The notes below the pieces were generated by a model. That model made no database searches and was not told where the DNA came from. It saw only the letters and a program-made list of their open reading frames with translations. This document shows positions 55,551 to 64,000 of a stretch of DNA of 64,000 nucleotides, in pieces. The stretch comes from Ignavibacteriota bacterium. Lineage in GTDB: Bacteria > Bacteroidota > Ignavibacteria > Palsa-1295. Location: assembly GCA_963787835.1 (NCBI GenBank), contig CAWBEI010000002.1, positions 149,859 through 213,858 of the forward strand. Direction: 5' to 3'. The translations under genes were made by a program, and so were the position numbers. The first letter of the stretch is position 1; every line of letters starts with the position of its first letter.

Positions 55551-57185
55551 ATGGTATATCGACGGATATTAGTGACGGCTCTGTTAGCAGTTCTCTGCGG
55601 TTGTGCAGCTCCTAAAAAAATTACGACAGAAAAGCCCCCGCCTCAGCTGGCCGCGCCTACTACTCCAAAACCTGTACCCGCACCAGTTCCGTCACCCGCT
55701 CCAGTGCCCGTTCCCATGGGACTTCCGCCGGTTCCCGCATCTGCACACGATGCCCCATTACATATCAGCGTAGCCTATCCGGTTCCCAACCAATGGCGGC
55801 CCAATGTGGATTCTAATTTTATCTTTGGGACGGTTGGTAATGGCAATGCGTCGTTAAGCATCGATGGGTTCTCTGTGCCCGTGGCAAAGAACGGCGCATT
55901 TCTTGCCTTTCTTCCCATGCCCGAAAACGGTACCTATCATTTAGTGGCCCAGCACGGTATGGATCGAGATTCGATCACCGTTGCCTATAGTGCGAGAACG
56001 CTGGAGGAAACCCCGAAAAAGAATAGTCCGGATAAAAATTTCTCTCCAAAATTTGCCTTTATAACCAAAGGCAGCGATACGCTTCAGAACGGGAATGATG
56101 TCGCCTGTGGCGCACTTACGCCCGATGGGAACCGCGAGTGGTTCTTCCCGCTCGGCACACGGCTGCACCTTGTTGAGCATGAGGGAAAATATTACAAAGC
56201 AAAACTCGATAGCACCACCTTCGCATGGATCGCCGATAGCAATTTTGACACAAAAAAATCGACGAGTCATATTATTTTATTAAACCGCCCTGTTGCCGGT
56301 CGTGCCGATATATTCCCCGCAACAGAATATATTAATCTTCTTATTCCCAGCAGTTACAACCCATTTCAGATCAATACGACGGCATTTTCGGTTCGGATCC
56401 ACGTCTATGGCGGCACATTACCTGGCTCATTCATTTCTTCCGGCAACGACCCTCTGATGAATGGCTGGAGCTACGATACGGTTCCCGGAGGTATCGAATA
56501 TACCATCTTACTGACAAAGCCGGTCTGGGGATATAAAGTCTATTACTCAGAAGATGGCTCGATCAATATTCGTATTCGGCGACCACCGGTGATCGATTCC
56601 AGCAATCCACTTATAGGCATACGTATCATGCTCGATCCGGGACATCCGCCCGGCGGCGCGACGGGGCCGACGGGCATGATGGAGCGGGAAGCAAATCTTG
56701 CTGAGGCGTTAAAATTGAGAGATCAACTGACCGCAAAAGGCGCGATCGTGCTTATGACCCACGAAACACTAAGCGGTTTAGTAAGCGATGTGAACCAAAC
56801 GGAAGAATTAGAAGCACGCTCGTTACTTGGGGTGCAGTCCAACGTCGATCTGTATCTAAGCGTCCACAACAATGCGTTCCCAGATGGGACCGATCCGTTC
56901 CTGAAATATGGAACCTCGACCTATTATTTCCATCCTTTCTCTGCTCAGTTTGCAATCGATCTGGATAAAGAGATCGTGGCCGTTACACGCATCCCCGATC
57001 TTGGCGCGAAATTCAAAAGCCTGGCCGTCTGCCGCCCAACCTGGATGCCGTGCGCCCTGACCGAATCGCTGTACATGATGTTCCCCGATCAGGAAGCAGC
57101 CTTGCGCAACCCGGATTTCCTCGATAAACTTGCCGCCGCACATGTTCGCGGCATCGAGGATTTCTTGCGGGAACGGGCTCAGTAA
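55551..57185 (+). CDS. N-acetylmuramoyl-L-alanine amidase (Amidase_3) lipoprotein
   Basis: It has a lipoprotein signal (…LAVLCGCAAP) and a C-terminal Amidase_3 domain (…IMLDPGHPPGGATGP…LYLSVHNNAF…). Confidence 0.75.
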   Translation: MVYRRILVTALLAVLCGCAAPKKITTEKPPPQLAAPTTPKPVPAPVPSPAPVPVPMGLPPVPASAHDAPLHISVAYPVPNQWRPNVDSNFIFGTVGNGNASLSIDGFSVPVAKNGAFLAFLPMPENGTYHLVAQHGMDRDSITVAYSARTLEETPKKNSPDKNFSPKFAFITKGSDTLQNGNDVACGALTPDGNREWFFPLGTRLHLVEHEGKYYKAKLDSTTFAWIADSNFDTKKSTSHIILLNRPVAGRADIFPATEYINLLIPSSYNPFQINTTAFSVRIHVYGGTLPGSFISSGNDPLMNGWSYDTVPGGIEYTILLTKPVWGYKVYYSEDGSINIRIRRPPVIDSSNPLIGIRIMLDPGHPPGGATGPTGMMEREANLAEALKLRDQLTAKGAIVLMTHETLSGLVSDVNQTEELEARSLLGVQSNVDLYLSVHNNAFPDGTDPFLKYGTSTYYFHPFSAQFAIDLDKEIVAVTRIPDLGAKFKSLAVCRPTWMPCALTESLYMMFPDQEAALRNPDFLDKLAAAHVRGIEDFLRERAQ

Positions 57186-57200
57186 AATAATTAGATAACT

Positions 57201-58778
57201 CTAAATGTATTCGCCGAAGACATGGCGGAGGGCGTCCGAAATTTCGCCGAGGGTGGCATAAGCTTCCACGGCGGCAATGAGGCGTGGCATGAGGTTCTCG
57301 CCATCCTTGGCTGCGCGCTCCACTTCGGCGAGCGCATCGCTGGTGATCCTGGCATCGCGGCGAGTGCGAAGGTTTTGCACGGCGGCGATCCGGCGGGCTT
57401 CGAGTTCGGGATCGATGCGGAGCGTTTCGGGCGCGACAAGTTCCTCCGTGACGAACTCGTTCACGCCGACGACGATGGCCTCTTTCGTTTCCACTTTCTT
57501 CTGGAACTCGTATGCGCTTTGTGCGATCCGTTCCTGATAAAATCCGGCTTCGATGGCGCTGACCGCTCCGCCGATAGCTGCAATTTCGCTCATGAGCATT
57601 TCGGCTCTTCGAATAAGTTCCGAGGTGAGATATTCGACGAAATAGCTCCCCGCCATCGGATCGACGGTATCGGCAATTCCCGATTCGCACGCAATGATCT
57701 GCTGAGTGCGAAGCGCGGTGCGGGCGGCCTCTTCGGTAGGCAGGGCAAGGGCTTCATCCTTGCCATTGGTATGCAGGGACTGGGTTCCACCGAGCACCGC
57801 AGCCATCGCCTCGATAGTGGTGCGAACGATATTGTTCTCGACCTGTTGTGCCGTCAGCGTGGAACCGGCGGTCTGCGAATGGAACCGGAGTTTCATCGAG
57901 TTGGGATTTTTTGCATGGAACCTGTCGCGTATGATGCCCGCCCAGAGCGTCCGGGCCGCGCGGAACTTAGCAATTTCCTCGAAGAAATTGGAGTGAGCAT
58001 TGAAGAAGAAGGAGAGCCGAGGGGCGAAGTCGTCGATGGAGAGCCCGGCACCGATCGCCGCCTCGACATACGCGATGCCGTTAGCGAGCGTGAAGGCGAT
58101 TTCCTCAACGGCCGTGGAACCCGCTTCGCGAATGTGATAGCCGGAAATGGAAATGGTGTTCCACGAAGGAAGTTCCGCAGCGCACCAGCGGAAAATATCC
58201 GTCACGATCCGCATGGATTGCAATGGAGGATAGATATAGGTTCCACGAGCAGCGTATTCCTTCAGGATGTCATTCTGGACCGTTCCGGAAAGTAGTTTCA
58301 GATCGGCACCCTGCTTTTTAGCTTTTGCCACGTAAAGCGCCAGCAGGATCGCAGCCGTGGCATTGATCGTCATCGAAGTGGAAATTTTCGCCATTTCGAT
58401 GCCATCGAAGAGGATATCGAAATCCTCCAGCGAATCGATGGCGACGCCGACGCGACCAACTTCGCCGGCGGCCATCGGGTGATCGGAATCGTAGCCGATC
58501 TGGGTGGGCAGATCGAAGGCGATGGAAAGTCCGGTTGTACCAGAGGCCAGCAGGTATTTGTACCGCCGGTTGGATTCCTCGGCGCTGCCGAAACCAGCAT
58601 ACTGACGCATCGTCCAGAGCCGAGAACGGTACATTTCGGGGTAAATGCCGCGAGTAAAGGGAAATTCGCTGGCATCGAGAGCTGGGGCAACCGCTCTATC
58701 CTGCGATGGAAGGGGCTTGTTGATACGCTCGATGGGTATCCCGGAGCTGGTTTCGAATTTGGCTTTACGCAATGGCAT
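57201..58778 (-). CDS. methylmalonyl-CoA mutase family protein, catalytic (N-terminal) domain only
   Basis: 525 aa with the (beta/alpha)8 mutase pattern (…[36 protein letters not shown]…). There is no B12-binding domain. Confidence 0.8.
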   Translation of the reverse strand: MPLRKAKFETSSGIPIERINKPLPSQDRAVAPALDASEFPFTRGIYPEMYRSRLWTMRQYAGFGSAEESNRRYKYLLASGTTGLSIAFDLPTQIGYDSDHPMAAGEVGRVGVAIDSLEDFDILFDGIEMAKISTSMTINATAAILLALYVAKAKKQGADLKLLSGTVQNDILKEYAARGTYIYPPLQSMRIVTDIFRWCAAELPSWNTISISGYHIREAGSTAVEEIAFTLANGIAYVEAAIGAGLSIDDFAPRLSFFFNAHSNFFEEIAKFRAARTLWAGIIRDRFHAKNPNSMKLRFHSQTAGSTLTAQQVENNIVRTTIEAMAAVLGGTQSLHTNGKDEALALPTEEAARTALRTQQIIACESGIADTVDPMAGSYFVEYLTSELIRRAEMLMSEIAAIGGAVSAIEAGFYQERIAQSAYEFQKKVETKEAIVVGVNEFVTEELVAPETLRIDPELEARRIAAVQNLRTRRDARITSDALAEVERAAKDGENLMPRLIAAVEAYATLGEISDALRHVFGEYI

Positions 58779-58886
58779 GGGACAAAAATACGGCTAATTT
58801 CGGATGGGGGAAGCATTCGGGCATAGGTTGCGTTAGCGAACGCTCCGAAACAGAACCTATTATAGAGCCGTACTTAGCCCGAACGA

Positions 58887-60305
58887 ATGGAAAAATCCGC
58901 TGCAACCACCCCCCGCCCCCGCCTTGAAAAGTCGGTGGAGAATGTTCCTCTTACTGGTCATGCCGCCGCATTGGAGGGGAAGCTTAAAAATAAGACGGCG
59001 AAGATCGGAGTCGTGGGGCTGGGATATGTCGGGCTACCGCTGGCGATAGAATTCGCCAAGAAGGGATTCGAAACGGTCGGCATCGATCTCGACAAATCGA
59101 AAGTTGAATCGCTGCAAAAAGGGAAAAATTACATTCAGGATATTCCGGATGCCGAGGTTAGCGAGGCTGTCAAGAATGGGACGTTTCGAGCACAAGCCAA
59201 TTATGAAAATTGCGGTAAGCTGGACGTCATCTATATTTGCGTTCCCACGCCTTTTACCGAGAATAAAGATCCCGACATCAGCTATATCACGAGTTCGGCG
59301 GAATCGATCGCAAAGGAGTTACGCGATGGTCAGCTTATCATTCTGAAATCGACAACTTTTCCCAATACTACGGAAGGCTCGGTTCAGCCCATCTTCGAAA
59401 AGAATGGAAAGAAAGTTGGCAAGGATTTTTTCCTCGCGTTCAGCCCGGAACGAATCGATCCGGGAAATCAGAAATGGACGACAGCGAATACGCCGATCGT
59501 TGTTGGCGGTGTAACGCCAAGTTGCACAAGGCTCGCAGTCCTGACGAATGAACAGATCATTCAGAATGTCATCGCAGTCAGCGGACCAAAAGTCGCTGAA
59601 ATGGAAAAGCTGCTGGAAAATATTTTCCGGTCGGTGAATATCGCATTGGTAAATGAACTTGCAAAGCTTTGCGACCGAATGGGTGGAATTAATATGTGGG
59701 AAGTCGTCGATGCTGCGGCAACGAAGCCATTCGGATTTATGCCATTCTATCCAGGGCCGGGAATTGGCGGGCATTGCATTCTGATCGATCCATTTTACTT
59801 ATCATGGCAAGCGCGAGCTTATGATTTCGAGACGAATTTCATCACGCTTGCAGCGGAGACGAACGAGTCCATGCCGTTTTATGTGAAGGACTTGGTTTTC
59901 AAAGCTGTCGCAGAACTTCCGATACGCTTGCGAGATGCGAAAATTTTAATGATCGGCGTAGCATTCAAGCGCGACGTGGATGACACGCGGCACTCCCCCG
60001 CTATCCGTGTCATGGAATTGTTGCTCGATGATGGAGCATCGCATATTGATTTTACTGACCCATTCGTAGAAAAGATCAACGTCAAAGGCAGAGATTTTAC
60101 TGCAAAGCCGTTCGATGCCAAGACGCTGCAATCGGCGGATGTTGTCATTATCACGACCGATCACTCGCAATACGACTATGAGTTCCTGGTTCGAAACGCA
60201 TCACATATCATCGATACAAGAAATGCAACCAAACACATTCACGAACCGGAGCTTCGTGAAAAGATCGTTCTGCTTGGATCGGGAAATCGCCATACGACCG
60301 CGTAA
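58887..60305 (+). CDS. nucleotide-sugar dehydrogenase (UDP-ManNAc/UDP-GlcNAc dehydrogenase, WecC/WbpA-like)
   Basis: An N-terminal Rossmann motif is present (IGVVGLGYVGLPLA). The catalytic Cys context is …GPGIGGHCI…. Confidence 0.8.
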   Translation: MEKSAATTPRPRLEKSVENVPLTGHAAALEGKLKNKTAKIGVVGLGYVGLPLAIEFAKKGFETVGIDLDKSKVESLQKGKNYIQDIPDAEVSEAVKNGTFRAQANYENCGKLDVIYICVPTPFTENKDPDISYITSSAESIAKELRDGQLIILKSTTFPNTTEGSVQPIFEKNGKKVGKDFFLAFSPERIDPGNQKWTTANTPIVVGGVTPSCTRLAVLTNEQIIQNVIAVSGPKVAEMEKLLENIFRSVNIALVNELAKLCDRMGGINMWEVVDAAATKPFGFMPFYPGPGIGGHCILIDPFYLSWQARAYDFETNFITLAAETNESMPFYVKDLVFKAVAELPIRLRDAKILMIGVAFKRDVDDTRHSPAIRVMELLLDDGASHIDFTDPFVEKINVKGRDFTAKPFDAKTLQSADVVIITTDHSQYDYEFLVRNASHIIDTRNATKHIHEPELREKIVLLGSGNRHTTA

Positions 60306-60308
60306 ATT

Positions 60309-61418
60309 TTGACAAAGAAAAAAATTCTGTTCGTCGTTGGCGCTCGCCCGAACTTCATGAAGGTCGCGCCGGTGCTGGAGGCCGTTCGCGCAACTGGGAA
60401 ATTCGATTCTATCCTTGTTCATACCGGCCAACATTACGATGCTAATATGTCGGATGTGTTCTTCAGCGATCTCGACATGCCCCAGCCAGATCGGTTTCTT
60501 GGCATTGGCTCTGGAACTCATGCACAGCAGACGGCGAAAGTAATGATCGAGATGGAAAAGCTTCTGGTCGAAGAAAAGCCTGATCTTGTGATGGTTGCTG
60601 GCGATGTGAATTCAACACTTGCCACTGCGCTTGTTGCAGCTAAAGCTGGAATTCCACTTGGACATATCGAATCGGGATTGCGCTCGTTCGATCGCTCCAT
60701 GCCCGAAGAAATTAACAGAATAGTGGCCGATGAATTCTCCCGATTCTGTTTTGTGACCGAGCCGAGTGGGCTTAAAAATCTGGAGTATGAAGGAATATCG
60801 AACGATCGGGTGTTTGTTGTAGGCAATACGATGATCGATTCAGTGCAAAAATATTTACCTAAAGCACGCGAACGATTTCCGGAACTCGCACAGAAATACG
60901 GAATTGAGTCGAAAAATTACGCTCTTGTTACCCTGCATCGGCCAAGCAACGTGGATGAACCGGCTGGACTCACACGCTTTGTGGAGCTTTTTGAGCGCAT
61001 GTCCTCGTTTGTGTCTCGCATCGTTTTCCCCATTCATCCTCGCACTCGGAAGCAGCTCGAAGCATTTGGCTTAGATGCTCGCGTTCGAGAAAATCAGCGT
61101 TTGTCGCTGATCGCCCCGGCTGGGTATCTTGATTTTTTGGCTTTGCAGGATTCAGCGGGTGTCGTTCTAACAGATTCCGGAGGTATTCAGGAAGAAACAA
61201 CCGCACTTGGAATCCCGTGCATCACTTTACGAGAGAACACGGAACGGCCGATCACAGTCGAAGAAGGAACCAACGAGCTTGTTGGGCTGAACATGGAACT
61301 GGCCCTTAAATTTTCGAAGGCCGCATTAGCAGGACATTGGAAATCGCATCAAGTTCCCATACTGTGGGATGGACATGCGGCAAATCGTATTGCAGCTATT
61401 TTAGAATCATCATTTTGA
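60309..61418 (+). CDS. wecB: UDP-N-acetylglucosamine 2-epimerase (non-hydrolysing)
   Basis: The N-terminus MTKKKILFVVGARPNFMKVAPV is present and the protein is full length. Confidence 0.9.
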   Translation: MTKKKILFVVGARPNFMKVAPVLEAVRATGKFDSILVHTGQHYDANMSDVFFSDLDMPQPDRFLGIGSGTHAQQTAKVMIEMEKLLVEEKPDLVMVAGDVNSTLATALVAAKAGIPLGHIESGLRSFDRSMPEEINRIVADEFSRFCFVTEPSGLKNLEYEGISNDRVFVVGNTMIDSVQKYLPKARERFPELAQKYGIESKNYALVTLHRPSNVDEPAGLTRFVELFERMSSFVSRIVFPIHPRTRKQLEAFGLDARVRENQRLSLIAPAGYLDFLALQDSAGVVLTDSGGIQEETTALGIPCITLRENTERPITVEEGTNELVGLNMELALKFSKAALAGHWKSHQVPILWDGHAANRIAAILESSF

Positions 61419-63166
61419 GAAATTTTAGCGCTTCTCTTATCATCATCTCTGTGGCAATCGCTTGCTTGGGAGATGGCGCGCGCGCGCAACTTACCTCGCC
61501 ATTATCTCCACAAAGCTCGATCCCACAACTTAGCTCACAGAAGGGCTCAACACCTCCAACATCAGCCGAAGGCACGATCTTTGAAAGCAGTATCGATCCC
61601 GCCGAATACCATTTAGGTCCCGGCGATGTATTCGAATGTCGTTTCTGGACAAGTGGCGAGACATTTTATCCATCGGTCTCACTGGATAATTTGCTCTTGA
61701 TTCCTAATCTTGGCGCGTTCGATATACAGGGAAAAACACTTGCTCAAGTTAGGGAAGAAGTGTTACAAGAAGCCACAGCATCCTTCGCATCTAAACATCC
61801 CGACCCGAACCATCCGCCAATTGCACTTGCTCTTTACCAACCTCGTAAGATCTACGTGACAGTTCAAGGGGATGTATCAACGCCAGGGGAGTATGCCCTT
61901 TCGGCTGCCGATCGTGCCAACGTCGCAGTAGATATTGCCAACAAGATAGATCCTGCAATGCAGCCTTCCCATGAGCCGGGAATGCAAAAGCAGATGGATC
62001 TCGATCAATTAGGAAAGAAACATCTTCAAGCACTTTTTGGGGATCGTGAGGCTGCACCAGCAAGCAAACGCTATCTTACTGTCGCTCATGAGGATGGCAC
62101 CATGGATCGGATCGATCTTGTACGTTACAACTCGATGCATGACCCTAAAGCTTCACCACCATTGCGTCAGGGAGACGTGATCGATGTCCCGTTTCGAGAT
62201 ATGATGCACCCCGCTATCGGAGTCTATGGTGCTGTTCAAGCACCAGGAGAATTCGAATTTGTGCAGAGCGATTCCCTCTCATCTGCCATTAAGTACGCTT
62301 TTGGGCCGTCTGCGAATGCGGATCTTCATCATGTAGAACTCTCGCGAATTGGTGCAGGAGATACGACCGGCCATCCGCAGGTTTATGATCTTGCAGCAAT
62401 CCAAGCCCACACGGCCCCAGATGTCCCCCTCCAGCCCAATGATAGAGTGATCCTGCGATCATTACCAGAAGAAAACCGAGCGGCGGTGGTAGAAGTGATC
62501 GGAGAGGTTGGCGAACCGGGCCCCTACCCGATTGACGATGGTCATACTACCCTATCGCAAGTGGTGCAAGAGGCTGGTGGGTTGACAGCAAAAGCTTATC
62601 CCGCCGCTGGGGTGATAAAGCGACACAGCCATGATGAGCGGCTGACGGCTGGTTCGCCGGAAGATGTGGCCCAAATTACACGTCTGCAAAACCTCACCGT
62701 TGCTGATACTGCAAATTATGAGAGGCAACTTTCCATGAGACCCACAACCGCTGTCACCGACATGTACCGTTTGTTTGTGCAAGGCGATCGTTCTGCAGAT
62801 GTAAGACTTGAGGATGGAGACGAGATCATCATCCCGAAGCGACCGACCAGCGTCTATGTCAATGGATTCGTCAATATTGCCGGTTTTGTAAATTATCAGG
62901 AAAATGCACCTCTTCGTTATTACATAGCGCAGGTTGGCGGATACGCCGATGGTGCTGAAAAATCAGAAACTGTGGTAATAAAACTCAGTTCGAAAGCTTG
63001 GATGGACCCAAGCGATACTAAGATCGAACCCGGCGACGAAATCTTCGTTCCAAAAGAGCCCGATTATTCTGAAGATTATAAACTGGCCAGACTCACGACA
63101 GCTGTAGCCATCGTTGGAGCGCTTCTCACGGGGCTCTCAATCTACGTCAACGTTACACACAAATAG
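61337..63166 (+). CDS. polysaccharide export protein (Wza-like; Poly_export plus SLBB domains); start uncertain (ATG 61337 overlaps wecB, or a TTG near 61413)
   Basis: …PGDVFECRFW… and the repeated SLBB-like …PGEY… segments are present. There is a C-terminal TM helix. Confidence 0.65.
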   Translation: MEIASSSHTVGWTCGKSYCSYFRIIILRNFSASLIIISVAIACLGDGARAQLTSPLSPQSSIPQLSSQKGSTPPTSAEGTIFESSIDPAEYHLGPGDVFECRFWTSGETFYPSVSLDNLLLIPNLGAFDIQGKTLAQVREEVLQEATASFASKHPDPNHPPIALALYQPRKIYVTVQGDVSTPGEYALSAADRANVAVDIANKIDPAMQPSHEPGMQKQMDLDQLGKKHLQALFGDREAAPASKRYLTVAHEDGTMDRIDLVRYNSMHDPKASPPLRQGDVIDVPFRDMMHPAIGVYGAVQAPGEFEFVQSDSLSSAIKYAFGPSANADLHHVELSRIGAGDTTGHPQVYDLAAIQAHTAPDVPLQPNDRVILRSLPEENRAAVVEVIGEVGEPGPYPIDDGHTTLSQVVQEAGGLTAKAYPAAGVIKRHSHDERLTAGSPEDVAQITRLQNLTVADTANYERQLSMRPTTAVTDMYRLFVQGDRSADVRLEDGDEIIIPKRPTSVYVNGFVNIAGFVNYQENAPLRYYIAQVGGYADGAEKSETVVIKLSSKAWMDPSDTKIEPGDEIFVPKEPDYSEDYKLARLTTAVAIVGALLTGLSIYVNVTHK

Positions 63167-63172
63167 CTGAGT

Positions 63173-64000
63173 ATGCGATTATTGTGTGCATTGGTATTAG
63201 TAGTCTCGATGGTGACATGTACCATTCAATCAGTGTGGGGTCAGATCCTTACCTCGCAACCGCACATTGGCGTAGAGCAGGTTCCGCTTGACGATAATGA
63301 GATCTATGCTTTCCTTCGACATCTTTCTGTTCGGGGTGTAATTACGGGGTTTTCGGAAGCCGAGCTTCCACTTTCCCAATTTGAAGTAGCCGGTTTTTTG
63401 CGGCAGGCACGATCGGCAAAACTTTCCGGCGCAGAGCAAGCGCTTCTAAAAAAATATCTTCAAACATATGCCCTCGATCCTCGTGAAGCTGTGACGATGT
63501 TTTCTTCGCAGGATGCAATGCCCCTTTTCTTCGATGGAATTTTTACCCAACAAGATAAATATCTTTACCAATGGTATGATGACTCTACCAAATCTGACCT
63601 TTTTGTGCATGGGATAGGTAGTGTGGAGTATCTTCGCGAGACAAGTCCTGCTTCCGAATCCGTAAAGCTGCTTAATCTTGGTGGACGTTTCTCCGGAACG
63701 TTGAGTGGGCACGTCGGATACTTTATGCAGACCACCAACGGAGTGGCCATAGGTGATCAGCAGTTGGCGCTCGAAGATCCTGCACTGGGCAAAAATAATA
63801 ATTTGCGTTATTTCTCTAATTTTTTTGACTTCACCACCGCAGAGCTATCCTATAATAACGATTGGTTCACCGGCAAAATAGCACGGGAGTCTATTGCTAT
63901 CGGAGGATCCTATGAAAACGATAATATCCTTCTTTCTGCCGACGGGGTACCCACGTTCGATTTCTTCAGCCTCGGTGCTCATGTTGGAGCGGTTCGTTAT
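63173..64000 (+). CDS. hypothetical secreted/outer-membrane protein (partial, runs off window end); possibly capsule-assembly Wzi-like
   Basis: Own translation from the ATG at 63173 gives MRLLCALVLVVSMVTCTIQSVWGQ… and runs to the window end without a stop. It is absent from the ORF track. Confidence 0.4.
   Translation, partial: MRLLCALVLVVSMVTCTIQSVWGQILTSQPHIGVEQVPLDDNEIYAFLRHLSVRGVITGFSEAELPLSQFEVAGFLRQARSAKLSGAEQALLKKYLQTYALDPREAVTMFSSQDAMPLFFDGIFTQQDKYLYQWYDDSTKSDLFVHGIGSVEYLRETSPASESVKLLNLGGRFSGTLSGHVGYFMQTTNGVAIGDQQLALEDPALGKNNNLRYFSNFFDFTTAELSYNNDWFTGKIARESIAIGGSYENDNILLSADGVPTFDFFSLGAHVGAVRY

Noticed and set aside
1-64000. tRNA, rRNA, transposase, integrase and phage genes
   Set aside because: None seen. 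No T-loop or anticodon-stem-like conserved blocks were found. The only nuclease-like gene is a Uma2-family endonuclease, which is not a transposase.

Overview
This is a 64-kb chromosomal window at roughly 50% GC, densely coding with about 75 CDS. No rRNA, tRNA, CRISPR array, transposase or integrase was found. Gene content suggests a Bacteroidota/Ignavibacteriota-like (FCB-group) bacterium: T9SS-type C-terminal sorting domains, a DUF4270-glgA pair, hpnC/hpnD-like squalene-synthase paralogs, ctaA/ctaB and ccmE/ccmF.

Left third (1-14.4 kb): an almost entirely minus-strand cluster of envelope and stress-type genes. It encodes an alpha/beta hydrolase, an NmrA-like reductase, a SnoaL-like protein, a small OMP, an OmpA-family protein, small secreted peptides, YtxH-like, lmo0937-family and cupin proteins, two YceI paralogs, an L,D-transpeptidase, an SDR, an AsmA-like protein and an AraC regulator. 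Six copies of a highly conserved 45-90-bp intergenic element sit just 5' of minus-strand genes in this cluster. A tandem ~190-bp repeat in the same region carries two tiny hydrophobic-peptide ORFs.

Middle (14.4-40 kb): a thioesterase, a large ferritin-like diiron protein, an ankyrin protein, ruvC, hpnC/hpnD-like, a vapBC pair, ctaA/ctaB, a Uma2 endonuclease, ccmE/ccmF, a fused ABC permease, a polyprenyl synthase, tatC, two tandem T9SS-CTD paralogs, glyA, rpiB, an OMP, DUF4270-glgA and a second rpiB-like gene.

Right (40-64 kb): an XRE regulator, secreted proteins including an M43-type metalloprotease and a 1162-aa BNR-repeat protein, an M23 peptidase, a vWA protein, lysS, argD, a GNAT gene bracketed by ~55-bp inverted repeats, yebC, a Yip1 protein, a frameshifted CDF transporter, an amidase, an acyl-CoA mutase catalytic subunit, and a wecC/wecB/wza-like polysaccharide locus.

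At least three families of REP-like intergenic palindromes are scattered through the window. Two of them supply the ATG of the adjacent gene.
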